Assembly: GCF_037902255.1 (NCBI RefSeq) | Contig: NZ_CP147990.1 | Span: 3,180,001 to 3,212,000 of the forward strand | Length of the DNA stretch: 32,000 nt | Reading direction: 5' to 3' | DNA from: Candidatus Electrothrix sp. GW3-4 | GTDB taxonomy: Bacteria > Desulfobacterota > Desulfobulbia > Desulfobulbales > Desulfobulbaceae | Shown: positions 16,741-24,993 of the stretch, one piece after another | Position numbering within the stretch: position 1 is the stretch's first letter | How the letters are laid out: each line of letters opens with the position of its first letter | Made by a program: the position numbers and the translations under genes | The notes under the pieces: generated by a model | What the model was told of the DNA's origin: nothing | Databases searched by the model: none | The model's input: only the letters and a program-made list of their open reading frames with translations

Positions 16741-18486
16741 TTATCCCTGAGTCCTGAGAGGAGGAGAGAGTCCTTTTGCTACCGCCTCTTGCAGCTGTTC
16801 TTGCGTAAACGGGGCCCGAAGGAGTTCCACCTCACCACGTTGCTGGATCTCTTTGACAGATCTGTCCTCTGAACTTGCGCAGATGATGAGAGCCTTTTGC
16901 GAGGGATGAAGGAAACAGAGCTGTTCATACAGCTCCACACCTTCCATACGTTGGTCTGCCACCAGGTCCAGGATAACCAGATCCACCCGATTTCTGTTGA
17001 GATAGGAGAGGGCCCCGGTGCTGTCGGTCACGGCCATGGCCTTGTAGCCTATAGTAGTAAGGAATTCGATAGCTCTCTCCTGTTGTTCTTTGTCCTTCTC
17101 AATAAACAGAAGACGCTGCCCTTGTCCTGGTAGCTCTTTATTGCTATTGCTGCTTTCTCTGCCAGAGGAGATATGCTGCACAGGCCGGAGCGGGAAATAG
17201 AGATCAAAGCGATTGCTTGGGCGACTGGTCTGACCTGTGCTGCCTACGTCGGCTTCGCTCTCCATGGGGAGTTCGATCCAACCATCATGTTCTTCCATGA
17301 TATTGCGGAGCACTGCCAGGGCAATTCCGCTTCCCCCCCGTTTGAGGATCTTCTTGCTGTAAAAAGGCTCAAAGATACGGGCGCGATCAGCAGGAGACAT
17401 GCTGGGCCCTGTGTCTGCCACAGAGAGGATGGCATATTCTCCTGGCAGACTGACAGGAGGAGCCGTAGGCGGTAGCACAGGAAGATATCTGCTGTCCACA
17501 GAAACCGTGATTGTCCCCACCCTATCCCCGGCTTTTATGCTTTCACAGCCGTTAAGCAGCAGGTTATGGAGGCATTGGCGGATATGGGAAGGAGAGCAGC
17601 TGACAAAAAGCGGTTCAGGACAAAGGCGGGTGTGGAGACTGATCCCTGGTTGCCCTGTAAAGAAATCCTGGTTCTCCTTTTCTGCCAGTGTGTTCCCTGT
17701 CAATGTATTGAGGTCTGTGATCTCTTTGACCGCAGAGCCAGCCTTGGCCGCGCTGAGCAGGTCTGTCACCAAAACGACCGCCTGGCGTCCGGAACGGCTG
17801 AGGGAGATAAGAGGAGGACGTAAGGGACTGGTTTCAGGCAGAGCGCGTAAGATTTGCTCGGGATAATGGAGGATACTGGCGAGGATATTATTAAGATCGT
17901 GGGCCACCTCTCCGGCTATCAGACCAATGGTCTCAAGCCTTCGGGCCTTCTGGAGGCGCTCGGTGAGTTTTTTCTTCGCTCCAGCCTGTTCCTTTTCTGC
18001 CTGTTGACCTACGCTCAGATCCTTGAGGATGAAGAGGGTGCCGAGGAGGTCTCCTTGCCGGTCATGGAGGTCGCTCATCGTGACGGTCGCTGGATACTCG
18101 GTGCCGTCTTTTTTTTTCGCCTGCAGCCTTTGCTGCTCAGCTGGTGTCTCTGGCAGGAGAAGACTGGCTGGCTGACCGAGCAACTCGTCCTCTGTATATC
18201 CAGATTCTCTTTGAGCAGCTTGATTACTATACTGAATGCATCCTGCTGGATCCGTGATAAAGAGGGGGGCAGGCACCCCCTCTACTGCCTGATGAAAAAG
18301 GGCCTTTTCCTTCTTTATCTCGGCTAGGACAACAGCTTGTTGCTGCATGTCCTTTTGTCTCCTGCTGTTATTGCGGAGCAGGAGACAAAAGATGATAAAA
18401 AAAAATCCGCCCAGGCCGCCCCACCAGAACAACGGATAACGGTGAAAGGCGGCATGGGCTATGGTGTACGCATGTTCAAGGTTCAT
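16741..18486 (-). CDS. PAS-sensor hybrid histidine kinase (TM, PAS, HisKA, HATPase_c, C-terminal REC)
   Basis: 581-aa ORF. N-terminal TM (LFWWGGLGGFFFIIFCLLL). PAS-like block (PLFITDPAGCIQYSNQAAQRESGYTEDELLGQP). H-box GEVAHDLNNILASI. ATPase G-box GGSGIALAVLRNIMEEHDG. C-terminal receiver (RLLFIEKD...VDLVILDL). Confidence 0.85.
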   Translation of the reverse strand: MNLEHAYTIAHAAFHRYPLFWWGGLGGFFFIIFCLLLRNNSRRQKDMQQQAVVLAEIKKEKALFHQAVEGVPAPLFITDPAGCIQYSNQAAQRESGYTEDELLGQPASLLLPETPAEQQRLQAKKKDGTEYPATVTMSDLHDRQGDLLGTLFILKDLSVGQQAEKEQAGAKKKLTERLQKARRLETIGLIAGEVAHDLNNILASILHYPEQILRALPETSPLRPPLISLSRSGRQAVVLVTDLLSAAKAGSAVKEITDLNTLTGNTLAEKENQDFFTGQPGISLHTRLCPEPLFVSCSPSHIRQCLHNLLLNGCESIKAGDRVGTITVSVDSRYLPVLPPTAPPVSLPGEYAILSVADTGPSMSPADRARIFEPFYSKKILKRGGSGIALAVLRNIMEEHDGWIELPMESEADVGSTGQTSRPSNRFDLYFPLRPVQHISSGRESSNSNKELPGQGQRLLFIEKDKEQQERAIEFLTTIGYKAMAVTDSTGALSYLNRNRVDLVILDLVADQRMEGVELYEQLCFLHPSQKALIICASSEDRSVKEIQQRGEVELLRAPFTQEQLQEAVAKGLSPPLRTQG

Positions 18487-18530
18487 TTTTCAACCTACTG
18501 GAAAGAAAAAAGAACAAGGCAAGGGAGATG

Positions 18531-20243
18531 TTAACTTCTCGGTCTCCTGCCCTTCCAAGGTTTACGTGATTTGCCCATACTGCTATTACTGCTATCGCGT
18601 CGTCCTCTGCCACCGCTGGGGGCCTGAAGGACCTTCGCTGTAACAGGCTTTCCGTTGACCTGAAAATGCTGAAAGGCGCCCAGTATCTGGGGAATAAAGC
18701 GACTGTCTCCCTCAATGGTTGCGGTGTTACGCATTATCTCTATCTTGCCCACCTTGATGCGACCACCGCCAGGAGCGGCATTAATCATACTGATCAGGTT
18801 TTCCGGGAGAACACCATTACGCCGTCCCACATTGAGATGAAAGCGGGTAAAGGCCTTTCCATTTTGATTTCTTCCTGTGTCCTTTTGGAAACCGTTTCTT
18901 CGGTCTTTGCCGCTGACCTGCTGATTAAGATCAGGTGCATCTTTATAATATTGGAGGAACCGGTTGAACTCCAAGGAGACAAATTTTTTAATCAGCTCTT
19001 CCCTGCTCAGATGCTCAAGCTGTTGCTCAATCTCCGCATAAAGAGGATCAATCTGGTCATGCTCCACCTCGGTTGTGCTGATAACCTCCATCAGGCTGCG
19101 GAGCTGGGTGGTACAGACCTCTTTGCCCGTAGGAATCGTTGCCTTTTCAAATTTCTTATTGATCTTGTTTTCAATATGTTTAATCCGATGGCGCTCCCGC
19201 ATATCAACCAGGGCAATAGAGGTACCGCTACTTCCAGCTCGTCCGGTCCGGCCGCTGCGATGGGTATAGGCGGCAATATCATCGGGCAAGCTGTAGTTGA
19301 TAACATGGGTCAGGTCATTGACATCCAGGCCTCGGGCAGCAACATCAGTGGCTACCAGAAGTTGCAGGTGTTTTTTACGGAATTTATCCATGACCAGATC
19401 GCGCTGGGCCTGGCTTAATTCACCATGCAGGGAATCGGCCCGGTAGCCGTCCTGAATCAGCTTGTCTGCCACTTCCTGGGTATCCCTTCTGGTGCGACAA
19501 AAAATAATGGAGTAGTTATCCGGGTTATTATCCACGATCCGTTTGAGGGCAGGATAACGGTCTCTACCGTTGATCAGGTAATACTCATGGGTTACATTTT
19601 CAGCCCCGGAGTTCTTCCGGCCCATGGTGATCTCCACAGGATTGGACATATATCGGCTGGCGATATTGGCAACCTCCCTGGACATGGTGGCGGAGAACAA
19701 CAGGGTATTTTTATCTTCCGGGGTCTCTGCCAGAATGGCGTTGAGCTCATCCTGAAAACCCATTTGCAACATTTCATCGGCCTCGTCAAAGACTGCATAG
19801 CGGACAGCGGAGATATCCACTTTGCCCCGTTTAATCAGGTCTCGCAGGCGCCCTGGGGTGGCAACGATAATCTGCACACCTTTACGGAGTTCGCGCATCT
19901 GTTGTTCAATGCTGGCCCCCCCATAGATCGCCAAAACTCGGAGCCCTTTAATGAAACGAGAAAAATTTTCCAGATCCCTTGATACCTGCATGCAGAGTTC
20001 CCGGGTTGGGCAGAGAACCAGGCCTTGAGTTCGTTTCTCCTTTGGGTCAATCAGCTGGACCAACGGCAAGCCAAAAGCTGCGGTCTTGCCGGTTCCGGTT
20101 TGGGCGAGGCTGACGATATCGACCTCCTGCTCCAGCATCAGCGGGATAACCTTGGCCTGCACCGGGGTTGGTTCTGTAAAGCCCTGTGCGGAAACAGCCT
20201 GAAGGATTTCGTCATTGATGCCGATGTCTGTAAATGTGATCAT
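18531..20243 (-). CDS. deaD: DEAD-box ATP-dependent RNA helicase (DeaD/CsdA-like) with DbpA-type C-terminal RNA-binding extension and basic tail
   Basis: 570-aa ORF with Q-motif (GFTEPTPVQ), motif I AQTGTGKT, PTRELC, motif II DEAD (FDEADEM), SAT, and HRSGRTGRAG. The C-terminal tail is R/G/S-rich. Confidence 0.95.
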   Translation of the reverse strand: MITFTDIGINDEILQAVSAQGFTEPTPVQAKVIPLMLEQEVDIVSLAQTGTGKTAAFGLPLVQLIDPKEKRTQGLVLCPTRELCMQVSRDLENFSRFIKGLRVLAIYGGASIEQQMRELRKGVQIIVATPGRLRDLIKRGKVDISAVRYAVFDEADEMLQMGFQDELNAILAETPEDKNTLLFSATMSREVANIASRYMSNPVEITMGRKNSGAENVTHEYYLINGRDRYPALKRIVDNNPDNYSIIFCRTRRDTQEVADKLIQDGYRADSLHGELSQAQRDLVMDKFRKKHLQLLVATDVAARGLDVNDLTHVINYSLPDDIAAYTHRSGRTGRAGSSGTSIALVDMRERHRIKHIENKINKKFEKATIPTGKEVCTTQLRSLMEVISTTEVEHDQIDPLYAEIEQQLEHLSREELIKKFVSLEFNRFLQYYKDAPDLNQQVSGKDRRNGFQKDTGRNQNGKAFTRFHLNVGRRNGVLPENLISMINAAPGGGRIKVGKIEIMRNTATIEGDSRFIPQILGAFQHFQVNGKPVTAKVLQAPSGGRGRRDSSNSSMGKSRKPWKGRRPRS

Positions 20244-20733
20244 AATTTCTACTTTCTGTTAAGGAACTGGCCGGGAATCCGGCTTGGTATGTGTATGGTA
20301 TAAATGTGGTATAAGGTATCTCGGAGAGGAGACCTGCTTTGCTGATAAAAAAACGCGACCCTGATTATGGAGGATTGCGTATCAAGGTCGAACGCTTTTT
20401 CAAACGAGAAAGGGTGTCGAACAGAGCTTACAGCGAGCATACCCTACTCGGTATCGACAAGAAAAAAAACCTTTTTTTGAGGAGTAAGGGCGTTTTTGCG
20501 ATAATTAGGGGGCTTTTTCTTTCAATGAGGGGCCTTGACTTTGCCCCGCCGTTGCTGCCCAGGGACATCTGCACTTAAAGTCAGGAGGAGAGGACGAGAC
20601 AATTTTTTGCCTCAGATTCCATCATCATGGAATCAACCAGAACCTGGTTTGCCTTTGCCAGGGCCTTTTTCTTCTTCTCCTTATATTGGACTCTTTGCAA
20701 AAGAAACCAAGCGTACCTTCAGACAAGGTACTG

Positions 20734-20858
20734 TCACGTTTCTTCTCTTTCGTTCATGCTCCAATAATCAAAGGTTTTTTCAAAGATTTCCTTGAATTTC
20801 CCGAGCCCTGTCGGCTTCAGGATATAACTGTTTGCGCCATTTTCATAGGCCTTTATAA
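20734..20858 (-). pseudogene. 3' remnant (last ~40 codons) of a CheY-like response-regulator receiver gene, cut by the IS3 element
   Basis: My minus-strand translation from 20856 gives IKAYENGANSYILKPTGLGKFKEIFEKTFDYWSMNEREET* (stop at 20734-20736). A..GA.SYI.KP is the conserved beta5/Lys region of receiver domains. The frame runs straight into the IS3 left inverted repeat at 20859. No N-terminal half lies on the other side of the IS. Confidence 0.6.
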
Positions 20859-20976
20859 TGGACCCCTATTCTTGGACAGCTATTTAAGGTAGATTTTTTT
20901 CTAAAAATGCTGAATGTATTTTGGTGCGCTTGGCACGAGTCCGAAATTCATACAGCCACTACCGGAGAATCTACGC

Positions 20977-21255
20977 ATGTCACGTAAAAGAAGAGTCCAC
21001 TCAGCTGCATTTAAAGGAAAAGTTGCACTTGAAGCACTGAAAGAACTAAAGCCGATTAATGTACTGGCCTCCCAGTATGAGATTCAGCCAAACCAGATTA
21101 GCACCTGGAAAAAGCAGCTAAAAGAAGGTGTGTCCGAAATGTTCAGCAAAAAACGCGGTAGAGCCAAAGAGGATTCCAGGAAGGCTGAAAAGCGCTTATA
21201 CGAAGAAATCGGTCGCCTAAAAATGGAGTTGGACTGGCTTAAAAAAAAAGTCTGA
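20977..21255 (+). CDS. IS3-family transposase OrfA (HTH / leucine-zipper part)
   Basis: MSRKRRVHSAAFKGKVALEALKE...ISTWKKQLKEG...LKMELDWLKKKV* is the typical IS3/IS911-type OrfA. The ATG at 20977 has GGAGA 8 nt upstream. The track start at 20914 adds 21 unlikely residues that lie within the IS left-end region. Confidence 0.85.
   Translation: MSRKRRVHSAAFKGKVALEALKELKPINVLASQYEIQPNQISTWKKQLKEGVSEMFSKKRGRAKEDSRKAEKRLYEEIGRLKMELDWLKKKV
21241..21250 (+). other. A9G homopolymer recoding tract at the orfA/orfB overlap
   Basis: Nine consecutive A (21241-21249) followed by G. The orfB frame is open from 21242 (KKKSESYSDPIDLIDSKHKSISIQRQCDLLGISRSRYYY...). By coordinate arithmetic orfB is in the +1 frame relative to orfA (21329-21253 = 76 = 3x25+1). 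The -1 frame hits TAA at 21279-21281. Confidence 0.7.
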
Positions 21256-21328
21256 GTCCTACTCAGATCCCATTGATTTAATTGACTCTAAGCACAAGTC
21301 AATCAGCATCCAGAGGCAATGTGACCTA

Positions 21329-22084
21329 TTGGGCATCAGTCGATCCCGCTATTACTACAAGCCTGCGGTCGAGAGCGAATTGAACCTCAAATTGATGCGA
21401 ATTATCGATGAGATCTACACCGACTGCCCTTTTTACGGAAGCAGACGGATGGTCATCGAACTGGAACGGCGTTCTTTTCGTGTCAACAGAAAGCGGGTTC
21501 AACGGTTGATGCGCCTTATGGGGATTGAAGCGATCTACCCGAAACCGAAGTTAAGTCAACGGAATATTGAACATAAGGTTTATCCATACCTTTTGCGGAA
21601 CATCTTGATTGATCGTCCCAATCAGGTCTGGAGCACAGATATCACGTACATCCCGATGCAGAGCGGTTTCATGTATCTGACGGTAATTATTGACTGGTAC
21701 AGCCGATACATCCTCAGTTGGCGTATATCCAATACGATGGATAACGATTTTTGTGTCGAAGCTCTTGATGAAGCATTAACTCATGGATTACCCGATATTT
21801 TTAATACAGATCAGGGAGTGCAATTCACAAGCAAGCAGTTTACACAACGCCTGACAGATGTTGATGTAAAAATCAGCATGGACGGCAAGGGCCGAGCACT
21901 GGATAATATTTTTGTCGAGCGTCTTTGGCGTACAGTAAAGTACGAAAATATCTACCTGAAAGACTATCGAAATGGCAATGAGTTATACCACGGTCTGGAA
22001 GAGTATTTTTCGTTTTATAATACCCGACGTCCTCATCAGTCTTTGGGGTACAGATCTCCTGAAGATATTCATTATTGCTCATGA
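21329..22084 (+). CDS. IS3-family transposase OrfB (DDE/rve integrase core); normally made as an OrfAB fusion
   Basis: QCDLLGISRSRYYYKP, NQVWSTDITYIP (first D), FNTDQGVQFTS (second D) and ERLWRTVKYE (E) are the canonical rve-domain blocks. There is no independent ATG; the track start is a TTG. The frame is continuous back to the A-tract. Confidence 0.85.
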   Translation: MGISRSRYYYKPAVESELNLKLMRIIDEIYTDCPFYGSRRMVIELERRSFRVNRKRVQRLMRLMGIEAIYPKPKLSQRNIEHKVYPYLLRNILIDRPNQVWSTDITYIPMQSGFMYLTVIIDWYSRYILSWRISNTMDNDFCVEALDEALTHGLPDIFNTDQGVQFTSKQFTQRLTDVDVKISMDGKGRALDNIFVERLWRTVKYENIYLKDYRNGNELYHGLEEYFSFYNTRRPHQSLGYRSPEDIHYCS

Positions 22085-22211
22085 GATACAGTCAAACAAA
22101 TATAGGAGGAAATCACCAGATAAGAGAGTTTGTTGTTAGCCCGAAATCTATCTTAAATTATGCTAAATTTTGTGTTGACTATGGGGTCCACTTTATCATT
22201 ACCCTATCAAC

Positions 22212-23126
22212 TCAAGAAAACAATCCCTCAATTTTTGAAACCACATCTATCAGCTTTGCTAATTCTGGCAAAGCTTCAAGTGTACCCTTCCATAAAGTTT
22301 TCAAAATGGATTTCTTTGGAGTAGGTTTTGCTAATTCCTCATTAAAAGATTCAAAATTTTCTACTGCTTCCTTGTTTCCAGAATTGTTAATTGCTTCTTC
22401 AATACTGATAAGTGCTTTTGCAACCTCTTCATCATGTTCATCCTTAACATTGTTAAAAGCATTTTCAACAGTGGAATGATTAATGATGTTATTATTATTG
22501 CCGTGTATCTCGTATTTATTGTTCATTTTAGTTGTATCTCCAAAATTAACAGGGATAATTACCTGATGTCCTGAATGCTGGCTTTCTGTTTTCGGTGCAT
22601 ATTGTTTAATTCCATCATTTTGGACAGTTATATTTTTGTTTTTTGAATTACTTTTGAATTCTTCATAAAACATTTCTTGTTCTTGAAGCCAATCTATGGT
22701 GATACGACAATTAATAGGTAGCGACTTACATATAAACTGGTGTATTTTATTATAGTCCCCTACTATAATTATAAAAAATTTAATAACATGATTTTCTTTT
22801 TTTCTTCGATAAATTATTAAGCTTGTTATAACCCAAAGATCAATTAATCTTTCTTTGATATTTTCCTCAAAACATTCATTTGGTTCTAATAAAAAAAACC
22901 AATACTCATCTGTTGTAGATATATGATCAACTACTTTGCTTATTTTTCTTTGAAGATCAGCAACATTTTTTAAGCACTCTGAACCTTGAGATCCACTATA
23001 GTTCATAGATTTATATTGAGCACGACACTGGCCTCCATATGATGCTATGTTCTCACTCACCTTTAATTCACTCAGAACATAATCAGATGGAGTTGCATCA
23101 GTGTCTAAAACAACATTATAAGTCAT
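22212..23126 (-). CDS. Hypothetical protein, gene 3 of the AT-rich operon (~304 aa; N-terminal globular region, Asn-rich linker, C-terminal helical module)
   Basis: Long ORF in a strongly AT-rich segment. I prefer the ATG at 23126-23124 because it overlaps the upstream gene's TGA as ATGA (23126-23123), with AGGA a few nt upstream. The track start at 23186 would overlap gene 2 by 64 nt and has no SD. No Walker, nuclease, TIR or other motif recognised. The C-terminal ~80 aa (EEVAKALISIEEAINNSGNKEAVENFESFNEELAKPTPKKSILKTLWKGTLEALPELAKLIDVV) is predicted helical by eye. Confidence 0.6.
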   Translation of the reverse strand: MTYNVVLDTDATPSDYVLSELKVSENIASYGGQCRAQYKSMNYSGSQGSECLKNVADLQRKISKVVDHISTTDEYWFFLLEPNECFEENIKERLIDLWVITSLIIYRRKKENHVIKFFIIIVGDYNKIHQFICKSLPINCRITIDWLQEQEMFYEEFKSNSKNKNITVQNDGIKQYAPKTESQHSGHQVIIPVNFGDTTKMNNKYEIHGNNNNIINHSTVENAFNNVKDEHDEEVAKALISIEEAINNSGNKEAVENFESFNEELAKPTPKKSILKTLWKGTLEALPELAKLIDVVSKIEGLFS

Positions 23127-23671
23127 TTCCTGTTTACTGTTTTCACAATATTCAGTTTTTCCATGTACGATTCTCCTATCATCCAATTCATCAGATCAAA
23201 TCGAGTGTATATGTAATGTAATTGATCTTGAAAGGATTCAAACTCACTGATTATTCTCTGTCTTTTTTCTTCTCCCATTTGTTTTCCAGTAGCATTTATT
23301 TTGGCTTCAACATGATCTAGATAACGACTTTTTAACTCTTCCGCATCTTCTTCCTTTATAACATGTTCAATCTTTTTAAAAAGATAATATAGTGCGGCGC
23401 TTGTGATGATTACTGTAGGATCTACCCCTTTAAATTGCTCCTTTATATCTTTAACCACCTTATGATACTGTTCAATATGAGCTCCTAGCATCACAAATGA
23501 ACTGGCGACATGAATACAGATATTGATACCGGTCATATCACCGAGCCTGCCCTTCATTGCGTTAGCAGCATTATTTATTTTTTCAAAAATATCAAAAAAT
23601 TTAGCATCGTCGGTAAAAATAGGCTCTGCTACTATTTTTAATTCTTTTTCGATAAGTTTAAGATATGGCAT
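23123..23671 (-). CDS. Hypothetical protein, gene 2 of the AT-rich operon (182 aa, apparently all-helical)
   Basis: The ATG at 23671-23669 overlaps the TAA of gene 1 (TAATG), and its stop overlaps the ATG of gene 3 (ATGA). No recognisable motif and no signal peptide or TM segment evident. Confidence 0.6.
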   Translation of the reverse strand: MPYLKLIEKELKIVAEPIFTDDAKFFDIFEKINNAANAMKGRLGDMTGINICIHVASSFVMLGAHIEQYHKVVKDIKEQFKGVDPTVIITSAALYYLFKKIEHVIKEEDAEELKSRYLDHVEAKINATGKQMGEEKRQRIISEFESFQDQLHYIYTRFDLMNWMIGESYMEKLNIVKTVNRK

Positions 23672-24954
23672 TATTGCTCGTTTGGTAATGGAATATATCG
23701 TTTTGCCACAGCAAAGTCTTCATACTGCGTTCCATATGGAAAGGCCTCCAGTGGCTTATAAATTTTTTCATACCAAGCATTATGGCCGATTTCATTATAA
23801 ATATTAAAATTCGTATCCACATATCCATGAAACATAAAATAATGAATACATCTATTATGATGCATCTCTGGTAAACGCCATCGAATGATGCTTGATCCCG
23901 TATGACTCTCATTTATTTCTTCTAAGCCGCGAACATGCCCGTCTGACGCGAAGCCATATCCACTATAAAAAAAGTTCCCATGACTAATATACCACAATGC
24001 AAAATAATCTGGTATGTCTTCAAACCTAGCCTTTCTTGTATTGCAGGAATTATTATGATAAATTTTTGATTGAAAATAAGGTTTACAACTCATAGATAAA
24101 CCTTCTTTTGTAAGGACAAAAATATCCTCCATATAATAAGGCACTCCAGGATATGAATTAATTACACGATAGAGATAACATTCAATCTTAACTTCATCGG
24201 ATTTAAAATAGGGATTACCTTTATATGACAATGTGATAGGTTGCGAACGCAATGTGATGGAAGAACGTATACTTCCGTTATTCGACCAAATTAACTCATA
24301 TTCTTCTTCCTTTAAGGAATAAACGGTGAACCAGTCCAAGACCCAAGGTGCTGGAAAAAAAGCTAATTGATAAATTTTCCCCCAATGTCTATCTGGATGA
24401 GACTCAAATGGAGACAATCTATCCCCAAGAACATCTTTGAGATCAAGACTGCTCACTGAACCCGAATAATCCACAGCTGTATTTGCCTTCGGATGCGCAA
24501 CTAAATTCATATGAAATTCGAGCATATCATTCCGGATCTTAATACCTGAAACCTTACGTTCAGGATCCCATACATCATTATAACCATCGGCAGCATCATT
24601 TTTGCTGAAATCAGGATATGTATAGTAATGATCTAACCCAATATTTGAATTGGATATTGAAAAATCCTTTGGTTTACCTTCTTCAAGTATAAATGTGGCG
24701 GTAGGCTGGCTATAATCTTCTCTCCCTGCCGGTGTTTCTTTCGAAAGAAAAGTGAGGATACGAACGGGAGAATCCAAACCAAGCACCGAGTCTATCTGAT
24801 AAGCAATCTCTTCTTTTTCTTCACCCCATAATCTTGACAGCTTCAGATTGTTTTCATCTAATTCAGGCGGAACGCCTAATCTTTGGAGGTTAATCTCAGC
24901 ATAATCGCTTCGCATATAATTAGATGGATTTGCAACATTAATTTTCCAGGACAT
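23671..24954 (-). CDS. Hypothetical protein, gene 1 of the AT-rich operon (427 aa, aromatic/His-rich, probably beta-rich, cytoplasmic)
   Basis: Good SD: GGAGG (complement of 24961-24965), 6 nt before the ATG at 24954. No signal peptide and no NTPase motif. The N-terminus (KINVANPSNYMRSDYAEINLQRLGVPPELDENNLKLSRLWGEEKEEIAYQIDS) faintly resembles beta-sandwich N-domains of carbohydrate-active accessory proteins (DUF4861-like). I cannot verify this. Confidence 0.65.
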   Translation of the reverse strand: MSWKINVANPSNYMRSDYAEINLQRLGVPPELDENNLKLSRLWGEEKEEIAYQIDSVLGLDSPVRILTFLSKETPAGREDYSQPTATFILEEGKPKDFSISNSNIGLDHYYTYPDFSKNDAADGYNDVWDPERKVSGIKIRNDMLEFHMNLVAHPKANTAVDYSGSVSSLDLKDVLGDRLSPFESHPDRHWGKIYQLAFFPAPWVLDWFTVYSLKEEEYELIWSNNGSIRSSITLRSQPITLSYKGNPYFKSDEVKIECYLYRVINSYPGVPYYMEDIFVLTKEGLSMSCKPYFQSKIYHNNSCNTRKARFEDIPDYFALWYISHGNFFYSGYGFASDGHVRGLEEINESHTGSSIIRWRLPEMHHNRCIHYFMFHGYVDTNFNIYNEIGHNAWYEKIYKPLEAFPYGTQYEDFAVAKRYIPLPNEQ

Positions 24955-24974
24955 TGTTAACCTCCAAAGTTAGT

Positions 24975-24993
24975 AATCATTGCATGAATGATT
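24975..24993 (-). promoter_or_regulatory. 7-bp perfect inverted repeat (AATCATT-N5-AATGATT) in the leader of the AT-rich operon: operator or leader hairpin candidate
   Basis: AATCATT (24975-24981), GCATG, AATGATT (24987-24993). It lies 21-39 nt upstream of the gene 1 ATG, just 5' of the SD on the transcribed (minus) strand. Confidence 0.3.

Larger units (their letters stand above)
20859..22190 (+). mobile_element. IS3-family insertion sequence (1332 bp) with imperfect terminal inverted repeats
   Basis: Both ends carry TGGACCCC: 20859-20866 on the + strand, and 22183-22190 as its reverse complement. Both also carry a subterminal block, ATTTAAGGTAGATTT (20882-20896) versus ATTTAAGATAGATTT (reverse complement of 22144-22158). 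The TG...CA termini and orfA/orfB organisation are typical of IS3. Flanking 3-4 bp differ (..ATAA | CTTT..), so no target-site duplication is visible. Confidence 0.8.

Noticed and set aside
20244-20733. About 490-bp non-coding stretch upstream of deaD as a novel ncRNA or regulatory locus
   Set aside because: DEAD-box cold-shock helicase genes commonly have long structured 5' UTRs. The track ORFs here (20249..20440, 20339..20578, 20535..20795) are short with no motifs, and I saw no distinctive conserved structure.
20914-20976. Longer start for IS3 orfA (MYFGALGTSPKFIQPLPENLR...)
   Set aside because: The extension has no transposase similarity. The ATG at 20977 has a proper SD (GGAGA) and yields the canonical MSRKRR... 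OrfA N-terminus.
23127-23186. Longer start (23186) for gene 3 of the AT-rich operon
   Set aside because: It would overlap gene 2 by 64 nt and has no SD. The ATGA stop-start overlap at 23126-23123 matches the TAATG coupling seen at the gene 1/gene 2 junction. This remains uncertain without experimental data.
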